Of a stretch of 64,000 nucleotides of DNA, positions 27,703-37,422 are shown piece after piece (position 1 is the first letter of the stretch; the number at the start of each line of letters is the position of its first letter). This stretch comes from Candidatus Thorarchaeota archaeon. Its GTDB lineage: Archaea; Asgardarchaeota; Thorarchaeia; Thorarchaeales; Thorarchaeaceae. Location: positions 1 to 64,000 of the forward strand of contig PRDH01000012.1 in assembly GCA_003345545.1 (NCBI GenBank), read 5' to 3'. Below the pieces are notes generated by a model that saw nothing but the letters and a program-made list of their open reading frames with translations, was not told the DNA's origin and ran no database searches. A program made the translations under genes and the position numbers.

Positions 27703-28782
27703 TTAGGCTCCTGAGTTCTCATGGCGGATTCTGCACGTGCCCTCATGACCAACCATGCATGGCCCATAGGGGTTCTCAGGGGTGCAACGGTTCCCAAATA
27801 ACTTGCAGTCCACAGGGTCAACCATACCGAGAATCACTTCATGGCATCTGCAACCAGGGAGGATATCCACAGACTCAGTATCCGGAAAGTCGAACCTGAG
27901 TCTAGCGTCATGCGCGCGGTACTTTCGTTTGATGAAATAGCCGGATTTCTTGATGATTCCGAGACCTCTCCAAGGAGCGTCACCAATCCTGAATGTCTGG
28001 CTCAATACTCTCTGTGCTGTAATGTTGCCCTCAGGACGAACTACACGTGTGTACTCATTCTCTGAGACTGCTCTACCTTCAGATATCTGTAACGCAATCA
28101 TCCGAATGGCCTCGAGGACATCCAGTGGTTCGAAACCAGCAGCAACACACGGCACATGACGTCTCTCCGCAAAGGACTGGAATGCATTCGAGCCAATGAT
28201 TGCTGAAACATGTCCCGGAGTGATGAAGCCATCCACCGCAAATCCTTCAATGTTGACGAGAAGATCCATCGCAGGAGGAATGACCTTCAGTGACGTGAGA
28301 ATCGAGAAGTTAGGAGGAGGCGAGCGAAGGAGCTCTAGTCCAATAGTGGGGGCGGTGGTTTCAAAGCCAACTCCGACGAACACGACTTGCTTGTTAGGAT
28401 TCTTCCTAGCAATCTCAACGGCATCATTGGTACCATACACCACTCGAACATCGGCACCCTTCGTGCGCTCTTTTGCCAGTGAGGAGTCAGTCGAGGGAAC
28501 ACGAACCATATCTCCAAAGGTCGTCACTATGTGGCCCTGCCGCGCCAGCGCGATTGCCATGTCTACATCTTCGGCTGCGCACACGCACACTGGACACCCA
28601 GGGCCCGCAACTAGGTGCATGCTCTCGGGCAACAGGGAGCGAATTCCGTATTGACTTATCGTGTCCTCATGCGTGCCGCACACATGAACAATCCTTAGCT
28701 GCCGATTATGGCTCAGAGTCTCGATCTCTCTCTTCAGAGCTTGAGCGTATCGGGCACTGCGGAATTCAAGTTGTTTGCTCAT
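27703..28782 (-). CDS. hypD: [NiFe]-hydrogenase maturation protein HypD
   Basis: HVCGTHE, GPGCPVC, GFETTAP, PGHVS, C-terminal Fe-S cysteines GPCMVGHEGTC. Confidence 0.97.
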   Translation of the reverse strand: MSKQLEFRSARYAQALKREIETLSHNRQLRIVHVCGTHEDTISQYGIRSLLPESMHLVAGPGCPVCVCAAEDVDMAIALARQGHIVTTFGDMVRVPSTDSSLAKERTKGADVRVVYGTNDAVEIARKNPNKQVVFVGVGFETTAPTIGLELLRSPPPNFSILTSLKVIPPAMDLLVNIEGFAVDGFITPGHVSAIIGSNAFQSFAERRHVPCVAAGFEPLDVLEAIRMIALQISEGRAVSENEYTRVVRPEGNITAQRVLSQTFRIGDAPWRGLGIIKKSGYFIKRKYRAHDARLRFDFPDTESVDILPGCRCHEVILGMVDPVDCKLFGNRCTPENPYGPCMVGHEGTCRIRHENSGA

Positions 28783-28846
28783 CGCATTATGACCACTTGG
28801 TACCTAGTGGACTTAGCATAAAAATGACGATGTGTGGCAAAAAGAT

Positions 28847-29173
28847 TCAGGATTTCGATTCGTATCCTTCTAGAATGGCGAGGGCTTCTCCCACGGTAAT
28901 GGACAACTTGCTGGCGAGTTCCCTTGCTGTGATCTTTGGATCCTCCGGAATGATATGATTGATTGCGTACCCTGCATTGCCTGCGAACAGAGGATTATTC
29001 CTTGCAGTTTCAATCAGAATAGGCCATAGAGGATGCCCCTTGAAATCAGCAACGTCAATATCGATTGTTCGACCAGATTCATACTTAACAGAGCGGACGT
29101 TAACCGACTTCTTTGATGTTTCCTTGGTCTTAGTAGAATCAGTGAGCTTCGCCTGTCTCAATGCGACATCCAA
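28847..29173 (-). CDS. Hypothetical protein with C-terminal HTH-like segment
   Basis: ITARELASKLSITVGEA. Confidence 0.6.
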   Translation of the reverse strand: MDVALRQAKLTDSTKTKETSKKSVNVRSVKYESGRTIDIDVADFKGHPLWPILIETARNNPLFAGNAGYAINHIIPEDPKITARELASKLSITVGEALAILEGYESKS

Positions 29174-29411
29174 CCTTTCTTTTCCCGGCGTTGCCTATGA
29201 CAATAGGAACATCTCAGAAGTCTTCGTTGACACGATATAAGCCTTGGGGAGCGTCATCTGTCCTGAAACTGAGTAGCGCCACTAGCAGAATTGGTGCTCA
29301 TGCCTGAATTTTCAATGGCAGTATTATGTCGCAAGATTTAACAAGGGAATCAAGAAGAGCATGAAACGAAGCAGAATAAGGCCTCAATGCCAAAATGGGA
29401 GAATGCGATCA

Positions 29412-29708
29412 GTGCCTCAAGGCATTCGGAGAATAGTATTGGATGTTTTGAAACCTCACAGTCCGCCGCTGACTGAGCTCTCCTTGATGCTCGTACGAGA
29501 TGCACGCGTAAGTGGAGTCAACATCTCGCTCAAGGAAGTAGATCAAAACACTGAGAGCATCACTATCACTCTGGAGGGAGATGACCTGAACTTCAGCAGT
29601 ATCAGGGAGGTTCTAGAAGACGCGGGAGCAGTCATCCACTCCATTGACCAAGTTGTAGCAGGAAAGTCATTTGTTGAGGAAGTAAACCTTCAGCTTGAGG
29701 ATACATAG
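29412..29708 (+). CDS. DUF211 family protein
   Basis: IRRIVLDVLKPH, GAVIHSIDQVVAG. Confidence 0.9.
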   Translation: MPQGIRRIVLDVLKPHSPPLTELSLMLVRDARVSGVNISLKEVDQNTESITITLEGDDLNFSSIREVLEDAGAVIHSIDQVVAGKSFVEEVNLQLEDT

Positions 29709-29713
29709 AGATA

Positions 29714-30328
29714 CTATCTTCTCTGGATCTGGTCACTTACCCTCTTGCTCTCGATCTCAATCTTCTTGCGGACAAGGGCATATAGCTCTGGCTCGAAAAT
29801 GCCAGGAATGATTTTCACAACACTGCACAGCTGATCGACTATCTTCTCAGCTAGAGACTCTGGTGAAAGCACATTACGGCTAACAATACCGATTACAAGC
29901 TCTTCACCAACATTGGCACGAACGACAGAGTCAACAACGCTAGATATCGTTCCCTGAGGATCCATGAAGAAGGGGAGCTGCGTGCTATCATGAATGGTTG
30001 AGAAGCCAAGCTTGTCGCAGATACTCTCCGTGTACCATTCCAGGCTGGATTCCTTCATATTGAGCTTGTTAGCGAACTCTGTTTTCGTCAGAGGATTCGG
30101 GTGACTCCAGGGGTGTCGTGTCACAATATAGAGCGCTGCGGCAAAGAGGGGATCTTCCTCCCGTGGCCTGCCCTGTTGAGAAACATATCTCCGGACAAGG
30201 TCAAGTGCCATCTTCTCATATCTTGCATCAATCCGGTTCTCTTTGAAAAACTCATGAGCATGAAGCACAGCCTCCACAATGATTTGAGGACTGATAGGGA
30301 ATTCTTCTGAGTCATGATGAGATTCCAT
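29714..30328 (-). CDS. Hypothetical protein with one TFB/cyclin-like repeat
   Basis: EDPLFAAALYIV..LTKTEFANKLNMKESSL..Y..ICDKLG parallels TFB repeat 2; start at ATG 30328 with GAGG SD. Confidence 0.65.
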   Translation of the reverse strand: MESHHDSEEFPISPQIIVEAVLHAHEFFKENRIDARYEKMALDLVRRYVSQQGRPREEDPLFAAALYIVTRHPWSHPNPLTKTEFANKLNMKESSLEWYTESICDKLGFSTIHDSTQLPFFMDPQGTISSVVDSVVRANVGEELVIGIVSRNVLSPESLAEKIVDQLCSVVKIIPGIFEPELYALVRKKIEIESKRVSDQIQRR

Positions 30329-30444
30329 CTGTGTTCCTCTCGAATACGCTCTGCAAGCTACAGCTGGTTTCAGTGGAACTAGATGCAAGATATATTCTTT
30401 TGCAAAGGAAGTAAGGGTGAGTTCTTAAGGGCGCCATCACTGCT

Positions 30445-31023
30445 TCATCTAGCGCTGTACGTCTTTTCGAGGGCCCAACGGAGAGTAGACTGTATCTCCT
30501 TCATTCGGTTCTCATCACCGCAGTTCCTGATGACCATCTCACCTAGGATGTTGTCTTCTGAATGCACTTCAAAATCAAAAGCATCTTCCCATTCAATCTC
30601 ACCGTTCTCAACTCTATGACGGTCTTCCTGCTGGAATTTACCGAGAATTCTCTCCACGAAGAATCGGGCAAAGGCTCCACGAGTGATGTCATAGACTGCA
30701 TGCTCGGCAGGTAGGAACCGCATGGTCTGTTCAGAGATCTCAATGATTCCGAGCTCTAGTTTGCCAGCCTTGTTCATCAGGACTATACTCTGAGGCTCGG
30801 TAGTTTCTGCTGCTACCTTGGCCGGAGCTGCGCCTTCGACACTCGGAGCCTTCGCCAACGCGGCATCAGCTGTTGTGAAACTGGCTTTGGCGATCTGAGC
30901 ATCAAGATTCTCTATGTGCTCCTCGAAACGTGCAATCATATCTCGTAGTCTATCAATCTCTTCGTTCAACTTAGTTCTAATATTCAGAAGAAATTGAATG
31001 TCAGGATTCTCCACTCTGTGCAC
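30445..31023 (-). CDS. Hypothetical protein (N-terminal coiled coil, Ala-rich linker, globular C-domain)
   Basis: 192-aa ORF. Confidence 0.75.
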   Translation of the reverse strand: MHRVENPDIQFLLNIRTKLNEEIDRLRDMIARFEEHIENLDAQIAKASFTTADAALAKAPSVEGAAPAKVAAETTEPQSIVLMNKAGKLELGIIEISEQTMRFLPAEHAVYDITRGAFARFFVERILGKFQQEDRHRVENGEIEWEDAFDFEVHSEDNILGEMVIRNCGDENRMKEIQSTLRWALEKTYSAR

Positions 31024-31117
31024 CTACATAGACAACTGACTATACAGGTCATTGTCTGATGATATATCATTGCATGTATTATCATAAAGCTCGCAGAAAG
31101 CGAGTGTGCTGATGAGG

Positions 31118-31333
31118 TTATTCCTCGACGGAGATTGCAAAGTCAGGACACTCCATCTCACAGAGCCGACAGACCTTGCAGGACTCAAGATCTACTACAA
31201 TAGGGAGAAAGGAACCACGATTATCCACAACATCTGACTTTTTCAAAACACCATGGGGACAGACGGAGATGCAGATATGGCATCCCTTGCACAATTTGGC
31301 GTCAATATGGATTTGCTTTGCCTTCCTCGGCAT
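31118..31333 (-). CDS. 2[4Fe-4S] ferredoxin (2-oxoacid oxidoreductase delta-like)
   Basis: CKGCHICISVCP and CKVCRLCEMECPDFAI. Confidence 0.9.
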   Translation of the reverse strand: MPRKAKQIHIDAKLCKGCHICISVCPHGVLKKSDVVDNRGSFLPIVVDLESCKVCRLCEMECPDFAISVEE

Positions 31334-31453
31334 TGTCAGATTCCCAAGCGAAAACGCCGGTTGCACTGGATATAACAATATTCATCCGACCAGAGAGAGC
31401 GACCATTAAATAGCCAGAACTATAAACACTGTACTAGTGCTGGGGCTTCACCA

Positions 31454-32167
31454 TTGAAACAATTCGTAGTGTTCATGTGTGCTAAGTGTAGAAACTTCAC
31501 GAATTCTCCGGTGGGGCAGAAACACAGACGATGCAGCTATTGTGGCAGCATCATCGATATCACGAAGGCGAACTGTGCTCTCTTTGATGGACCCGAACAG
31601 GCTATGGAAGCAGTCAAGAAGTTCAATGCTGCAAGGGGAGGAAACGAGTTTCAAGATGCTGTGGAAAGGTCGAAGGAAAGATACCGTTCCCTATTGCCCG
31701 AGGAACCAGTCGATATTGACAAGATGGCGACCGACGATGAACAACTGGTCCTCCCAGGAAAACGAGCGCGTCTGATGGCGATACTCGAAGAAGAGGCTAG
31801 GGGAAAACCTTGTTCGCTTGACAGACTCGAGGAGTTAAGCGATAATCGGCAACTTCGCTGGACATGGGTCGAGAAGACTATTCAGGACCTATCAAATAGT
31901 GGAGCACTAATATTCCCACACCCATGGGAAGTGCAGCTAGTGGAAACCAACGAAGACTCGTCGCCAAAGAGCACTGCCGAGCGTGATGTATCAGCGGAAA
32001 TCATCTCATTTCTGAAGATGCAAGGAGAGAGAGTGAGGGTTGATGAGATTGTGCGTCATTTCGAGAAGAGGGGGATCTCAGAAGCATCAGTCGACAGCTC
32101 ACTTGAACGACTCATGAGAAGTGGAGATATCTTCCAGCCGACTGTCGGGTATGTGAGTTTGGTATGA
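31454..32167 (+). CDS. DUF1922-like zinc ribbon fused to winged-helix domains
   Basis: CAKC..CSYCG N-terminus; two wHTH-like segments ending ALIFPHP and GDIFQP..GYV. Confidence 0.7.
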   Translation: MKQFVVFMCAKCRNFTNSPVGQKHRRCSYCGSIIDITKANCALFDGPEQAMEAVKKFNAARGGNEFQDAVERSKERYRSLLPEEPVDIDKMATDDEQLVLPGKRARLMAILEEEARGKPCSLDRLEELSDNRQLRWTWVEKTIQDLSNSGALIFPHPWEVQLVETNEDSSPKSTAERDVSAEIISFLKMQGERVRVDEIVRHFEKRGISEASVDSSLERLMRSGDIFQPTVGYVSLV

Positions 32168-32207
32168 ACTGTTCGATTCATTCAAGAGGGTTGGAACAGT
32201 AAGGAAT

Positions 32208-32606
32208 GTGATACAAATGCCAATTGTCGAGCTCGTGGCCATAAGGATACTGGAGAGGAATCCAGGTATCGGTCTCGATGTTGTCGACTTGATTGTGTTA
32301 CTATGGATGTACACCAATCCCTATGACAGCCATCGTCGTCAGCTCAGTTCGATGAGAAACATCCTGAAGATGAGCGAAACCCTACAAGTCCCGGGTGGAA
32401 CGCTTGATGTGACAGAGGAAGAACTGACGCAAATAGTCCTGAAAAGTCTCGAGAGTCTCAGAAAGAAGGGATTCGTGTATATTCAATCAGCAGGAGTTCA
32501 CTACATCAAAGGCACGCTTACGGACACCGGAGTGAAACTAGTCCAAAGGACAGTGAGCAGTCCACTCTTGAAACGAGTCACAGATGAGTTTGGCGATAAT
32601 CCATAG
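32208..32606 (+). CDS. Hypothetical winged-helix-like protein
   Basis: SLESLRKKGFV..TLTDTG motif. Confidence 0.7.
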   Translation: MIQMPIVELVAIRILERNPGIGLDVVDLIVLLWMYTNPYDSHRRQLSSMRNILKMSETLQVPGGTLDVTEEELTQIVLKSLESLRKKGFVYIQSAGVHYIKGTLTDTGVKLVQRTVSSPLLKRVTDEFGDNP

Positions 32607-32625
32607 ATGTGGTTCTCGGACATGT

Positions 32626-32848
32626 GAGAAGGTTTAAATGCTAAAGTCATCCGGAACCGAGCAGTTGCTCATTGAACGTGACTGTTTCAGAGCCGATGGA
32701 TGCAGTGCAGACTACTTGGTTCTGCTCGCGAGAACTGTCTGCAGACGTGTGCCTGTAGGGTCTGGAGTGGTTACAGAGCGCGAATATGACTTAGAAGCTT
32801 GCAGAATAATGTGAGCTTTCCATAGTCACACAGCGGAAGTGACGCACG
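32626..32848 (+). promoter_or_regulatory. Promoter and structured upstream/leader region of the ribosomal operon
   Basis: GAGAAGG-TTTAAA (BRE/TATA, 32633-32638) followed by about 200 nt with several complementary segments. Confidence 0.5.
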
Positions 32849-33313
32849 ATGCCATCGTATGGATATTCAATCATAGGCATTGACCCGGATAGAACTGCTA
32901 TTGCTAGTGGAAGAAACATTCGGGTTTCTCCAAAACAGTGCAGAGAAGTCTGTAAACAAATCCGAGGAATGATGCTTGACAAGGCCATAGAACTTCTGGA
33001 GGCCGTAATCAAGGAAGAGAAGTGGATTCCCTACAAGCGCCATTACAAGAGCCGTGCGCACCATCCCGGAATGAGAAAGTGGATGGCAGGCGGGCATCCC
33101 GTCAAGGCTTCTACTCACATCATCAAGATTCTAAAGAATGCTGAAGCGAATGCAGACAATAAGGGACTCGACATTGATCGGCTCAAGGTCATCCATGCAG
33201 TCACACACAGAGGCCGAATGTACAAGAAGTACATGGAGAGAGCGTTCGGAAGAAGCTCGCCGTTTTTTGAGGAATCCTCACATATTGAAATCGTTCTGGA
33301 AGAGGTGGCGTAG
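32849..33313 (+). CDS. rpl22: 50S ribosomal protein uL22
   Basis: RVSPK, LKNAEANADNKGLD, RAFGRSSP, HIEIVL. Confidence 0.97.
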   Translation: MPSYGYSIIGIDPDRTAIASGRNIRVSPKQCREVCKQIRGMMLDKAIELLEAVIKEEKWIPYKRHYKSRAHHPGMRKWMAGGHPVKASTHIIKILKNAEANADNKGLDIDRLKVIHAVTHRGRMYKKYMERAFGRSSPFFEESSHIEIVLEEVA

Positions 33314-34207
33314 ATGTCGGCGGTCAAGTATTTCATTGAGCAGAACACACGCAAACTGGCAATTGACGAATTCCTGAACAAAGAACTCAATGCTGCAGGA
33401 TATGGTGGCGTTGAGATCAGAAAGATGCCCATGAAGACAGAGGTCGTCATCAATGCTTCGCGACCTGGTGTTGTCATTGGAAGACGTGGAGCAAAAATCA
33501 GGGAGCTGACCTACATTCTTGAGAATGAGTTCGGACTAGAGAATGTCCAAGTCGAAGTCAATGAGATAGAGAATCCATGGCTTGATGCGGCAGTCATGGC
33601 ATCGAGGCTAGCTAGACAGCTAGAGCGTGGTGTCAGATTCCGGAGAATGGCATACTGGATCCTTAGGAGAGTCATGCGAGCAGGTGCCATCGGATGCGAG
33701 ATTATTGTGAAGGGCAAGCTCTCCAGCAGAAGAGCCCGTTATCAGAAATTCAGACAAGGGACCGTTGCCAAGACGGGACAACCAGCAAGTGTCTTTGTCG
33801 ATGAGGCGGATGACAAAGCTATTCTCAAGCCTGGAGTCATTGGCATAAAGGTCCTGATTATGAGACCGGATGCAAATATGCCTGGAGTCATTACCATCAA
33901 GCCTCCAAAACCAAAGAAACCTGAAGAGATTGAACTGGTCAAGAAGGCTGGTGAAGAGAAGGCCACTGAGGAAGAAGAGGCCATGGAGGAGGCTCTTGAG
34001 GGAATCACGAATATCGATGAACTTAGAGAACTGGAAGAGCTTGATGGTCTTGAACTTCTGGAAGACGAAACAGCTCCAGAGGAGCACAAGACTCCCGAGA
34101 AGACGCCAGATGAAGAGCCTAAAAGAGATGCTAGTGAACCAGCCGATGAGAGTGTCGTAGATGATCTCTCAGAGCTGGATGAGCTAGACGAGGAGGATGC
34201 TGATTAA
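33314..34207 (+). CDS. rps3: 30S ribosomal protein uS3 with long acidic C-terminal tail
   Basis: RPGVVIGRRG KH domain, GCEIIVKGKL, GVIGIKV. Confidence 0.97.
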   Translation: MSAVKYFIEQNTRKLAIDEFLNKELNAAGYGGVEIRKMPMKTEVVINASRPGVVIGRRGAKIRELTYILENEFGLENVQVEVNEIENPWLDAAVMASRLARQLERGVRFRRMAYWILRRVMRAGAIGCEIIVKGKLSSRRARYQKFRQGTVAKTGQPASVFVDEADDKAILKPGVIGIKVLIMRPDANMPGVITIKPPKPKKPEEIELVKKAGEEKATEEEEAMEEALEGITNIDELRELEELDGLELLEDETAPEEHKTPEKTPDEEPKRDASEPADESVVDDLSELDELDEEDAD

Positions 34208-34419
34208 TGGTAAGACTCACCTCGAAAGATATACGAAAGCTGACACCTGCAGAACGTCAGAAGAACTTGGATGATCTCTATGATGAGATGTCCAGAATCA
34301 GAATTGAGTCTGCAACAGGTGGAGGTACTCAGAATCCGTACAGGATCCGCAATGTTAGGAGGGCAATAGCCCGGATTCTAACGATTCAGCACCAAGAGGA
34401 GCCGGAGGCATCTGAATGA
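34207..34419 (+). CDS. rpl29: 50S ribosomal protein uL29
   Basis: NPYRIRNVRRAIARILT; operon position. Confidence 0.95.
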   Translation: MVRLTSKDIRKLTPAERQKNLDDLYDEMSRIRIESATGGGTQNPYRIRNVRRAIARILTIQHQEEPEASE

Positions 34420-34700
34420 GAATCACTCCAGAGAATGTCACAAGACATGAACTCACCGGTCTGCCAATGCACATTGTCGAATCGACGGACCCGAGCTTCG
34501 TGTGCAGGAAGGGCGTCATCTTAGGAGAATCAAGGGAGATGATTCACTTCCGAACAGAGGACAGGGAAGTAAATGCGCCCAAGAGCAATTGTGTCTTCGA
34601 TGTGACACTCCCTGATAATACAGTGGTTCGAATCAATGGAGAGGTCCTTCGAGGAAGACCAGAAGACAGAATGAAGAAACGCCTCAGCAGGAGCTGGTAA
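34416..34700 (+). CDS. rnp1: RNase P protein component 1 (Rpp29/Pop4)
   Basis: HELTGL, GRPEDRMK; canonical position after rpl29. Confidence 0.93.
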   Translation: MRITPENVTRHELTGLPMHIVESTDPSFVCRKGVILGESREMIHFRTEDREVNAPKSNCVFDVTLPDNTVVRINGEVLRGRPEDRMKKRLSRSW

Positions 34701-34702
34701 GG

Positions 34703-35068
34703 ATGGTACAAACCAAGACAAAGGTCAGAAACATTGGCATTCCAAACGTGGAGCCGCCAGAGGCAACATGCGATGACATTCATTGCCCATTCCATGGTAA
34801 TCTCTCGGTCAGAGGTCGTATTACTGAGGGCATAGTCACCAGTACAATGATGCGCAATACAATAGCATTCCAGCAAGACTATCTAAGCTTGGTGAAGAAG
34901 TACTCCAGATACGAACGCCGAAGATCAAAGAAGCTCGCCCATCATCCACCATGTATCAGTCTCAAAGTGGGCGATACTGTGAAGGTCATCGAGTGTCGAC
35001 CCGTTAGCAAGAATGTATCCAGTGTTGTTGTGGCTGTGACGCACATTGGGGAAGCGCAGGAGGAATAA
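34703..35068 (+). CDS. rps17: 30S ribosomal protein uS17
   Basis: CDDIHCPFHG.LSVRG, KYSRYERR, ECRPVSK. Confidence 0.97.
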   Translation: MVQTKTKVRNIGIPNVEPPEATCDDIHCPFHGNLSVRGRITEGIVTSTMMRNTIAFQQDYLSLVKKYSRYERRRSKKLAHHPPCISLKVGDTVKVIECRPVSKNVSSVVVAVTHIGEAQEE

Positions 35069-35071
35069 TGC

Positions 35072-35494
35072 GTGTCAAGAAAGCTGGCAAGAGGAATCAG
35101 GAAATTCATACCGAGAATGGCCAGAGGGCTTCCGGTTGGAGCCACACTAATGTGCGCGGATAACTCGGGAGCAAAAGAACTTCAGCTACTCACTGTCTTC
35201 GGCTACAAGGGCAAACTGGGAAAGATTGGCAAGGCAGGAATCGGAGACATAGTGAACGTTTCAGTCATCAAGGGAAAACAGGAACTGAGAAAGCAGGTGC
35301 TACAAGCTGTAGTGGTCAGGCAAAGAAAGCCATTCAGGAGGCCAGATGGCACTTGGATGCAGTTTGAGGACAATGCGGCTGTTCTGGTAAAACCCGGTGG
35401 AGAACCTCAAGGCTCAGAGTTGAGAGGGCCCATGGCCAGAGAGGTCACTCTGAAGTGGCCTCGTGTCGCTGCGATAGCGTCAAAGATAGTGTGA
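35072..35494 (+). CDS. rpl14: 50S ribosomal protein uL14
   Basis: CADNSGAK, VRQRKPFRRPDG, FEDNAAV. Confidence 0.97.
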   Translation: MSRKLARGIRKFIPRMARGLPVGATLMCADNSGAKELQLLTVFGYKGKLGKIGKAGIGDIVNVSVIKGKQELRKQVLQAVVVRQRKPFRRPDGTWMQFEDNAAVLVKPGGEPQGSELRGPMAREVTLKWPRVAAIASKIV

Positions 35495-35505
35495 GGATGA
35501 GTCAA

Positions 35506-35895
35506 ATGGTGAAGAAAACCAGTCCAATATCGCCTAGGAAACAGCGGAGGAAAGTAGAACAGAGCCCCATGCATGCCCGCAGAACCCTGCTCAAGTGCAG
35601 GCTTGATGAGTTCTTGCAGGAAGAGTATGGTCTCAGATCACTTCCCGTAAAGAAGGGAGACCTTGTGAAGATAATGAGAGGGCAATTCCGGGATACAGAA
35701 GGCAAAGTCATCAGAGTGGACCAGAAGAATGTCCGTGTCCATTTGGATAGCGCTACCATCACCAAGTCGGACGGCAAGGAGGCGAACGCACCACTCCACC
35801 CATCGAATCTCATGCTGGTGAAGCTGGAGTTGGATGATGAGAGAAAGAAGCTCATCGAAAGCAAATTGATGAAGACTCCGGAGAGTGAGGAGTAA
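35506..35895 (+). CDS. rpl24: 50S ribosomal protein uL24
   Basis: PRKQRR, RSLPVKKGDLVKIMRG, PLHPSN. Confidence 0.96.
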   Translation: MVKKTSPISPRKQRRKVEQSPMHARRTLLKCRLDEFLQEEYGLRSLPVKKGDLVKIMRGQFRDTEGKVIRVDQKNVRVHLDSATITKSDGKEANAPLHPSNLMLVKLELDDERKKLIESKLMKTPESEE

Positions 35896-36651
35896 ATGAC
35901 AAGAAGAGGTCAGAAAAAGCACTTGAAACGCCTGCCAGCACCAAAGCACTGGCCAATGCCAAGGAAGGAGGTCAAGTTCACAACACGCGTGATTCCAGGG
36001 CCACATCCACGTGATCATTGTCTGACGCTGGCACTGATCCTGAGGGAGATACTCGGCTATGCAGAGAATATGCGTGAGATAAGGGCAATCCTCTCGACAG
36101 GTCAGATAAAGGTGGATGGACAAGTCAGGAAGGATGCTCGATTCCCAGTGGGATTGATGGACATCATTGAGATCATAACCTCTGGGCAGCGCTTCAGGGT
36201 GCTTCCTAGGATAGGCGGAGGCCTGCGTCTGGTCAACATCGATGAATCAGAGGCCAAGTTCAAGCTCTGCAGAATCGAGAGGAAACTGATGAATAGAGGC
36301 GGAAAGGTGCAATTGGGCCTTCACGATGGTCGCACACTACTACTTGCCGGGAATGAGAAGGCCTCAAAGTACAGCAACCTTGATACTCTCAAAATATCGG
36401 TACCTGACCAGAAACTCTTGGCATCAATACCTCTTGAGAAGGGTGTTCAAGCAGTAGTTTCACGAGGGAACAACATCGGGATTCAGGGTAAAGTCTTTGC
36501 AGTTGAGAAGCGGCATGGTACTCACGCAAGCACTGTGACCTTGGAGGACCCAGCAGGTAATAGATTCCAGACTGCCCTAGAATATGTGTTTGTGGTCGGT
36601 AAGAACAAGTCAGAAGTGAATCTTCAGATTGAGGGAGGAAGTTCTGAATGA
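35896..36651 (+). CDS. rps4e: 30S ribosomal protein eS4
   Basis: KHLKRLPAP, PGPH, FPVGLMD, LHDGR. Confidence 0.97.
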   Translation: MTRRGQKKHLKRLPAPKHWPMPRKEVKFTTRVIPGPHPRDHCLTLALILREILGYAENMREIRAILSTGQIKVDGQVRKDARFPVGLMDIIEIITSGQRFRVLPRIGGGLRLVNIDESEAKFKLCRIERKLMNRGGKVQLGLHDGRTLLLAGNEKASKYSNLDTLKISVPDQKLLASIPLEKGVQAVVSRGNNIGIQGKVFAVEKRHGTHASTVTLEDPAGNRFQTALEYVFVVGKNKSEVNLQIEGGSSE

Positions 36652-37223
36652 GCATCGAGAATGAGAAAGTCTATGCTGAGAACTGGAAGGCGTACCCAAT
36701 GCGGGAACCCTTCGTTTCGAAGGTTGTGGTAGATATCTGCACTAGCGGGGGCGAGGAGCTCAATAGAGCAAACACGATACTCGAGCAGCTCACAGGTCAG
36801 ACGCCAATTCAGTCTAAGGCACATCAGACGATACGTGACTTTGGTATTCGCAAGAAGGACCCGATAGCTGTTAGAGTCACTCTTAGACACGGGCGTGCTG
36901 ATGAGTTCCTACGAAGGGCTATGAAAGCTAAAGATAACGTTCTTCTATTGAAGAACTGGGACGAAGACGGCAACTTCGCATTCGGGATAAGTGAACATAT
37001 CGACATCCCCGATGTGAAGTACGACCCCGCTCTAGGGGTTCAGGGAATGAATATCACAGTCTGTGTTGAGCGACCTGGCTACAGAATAAAGCGAAGACGC
37101 AGACAGAAAGCAAAGGTACCCTATAGACATCGTATGACTCCAGAGGAGAGTATGGTGTTTGTGAAGAGTAAATTCGGTATCGAGATTCTTGAGAAGGAGC
37201 GAGAACGGACATACCTATTCTGA
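36648..37223 (+). CDS. rpl5: 50S ribosomal protein uL5
   Basis: FGIRK..PIA.RVTLR, GNFAFGISEHID, YDP..G..GM. Confidence 0.97.
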   Translation: MSIENEKVYAENWKAYPMREPFVSKVVVDICTSGGEELNRANTILEQLTGQTPIQSKAHQTIRDFGIRKKDPIAVRVTLRHGRADEFLRRAMKAKDNVLLLKNWDEDGNFAFGISEHIDIPDVKYDPALGVQGMNITVCVERPGYRIKRRRRQKAKVPYRHRMTPEESMVFVKSKFGIEILEKERERTYLF

Positions 37224-37234
37224 GGTGATCAGTA

Positions 37235-37405
37235 ATGAGTACAAAGAAAGAGCGGACACGACAGAGAAAGAAGATGGGCAAGGGCAGCAGAATATGCGTC
37301 CGTTGCGGAACACATCAGGCAATCATCCGTTCCTACGGTCTGTACATGTGCCGGCGCTGTTTTAGAGAGAAGGCAGAGAACCTCGGGTTCCGCAAGTATA
37401 ACTGA
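37235..37405 (+). CDS. rps14: 30S ribosomal protein uS14 (not in ORF track)
   Basis: [56 protein letters not shown]; SD GAGGTGA. Confidence 0.97.
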   Translation: MSTKKERTRQRKKMGKGSRICVRCGTHQAIIRSYGLYMCRRCFREKAENLGFRKYN

Positions 37406-37422
37406 AGGAGGTCTAAGAGAGA

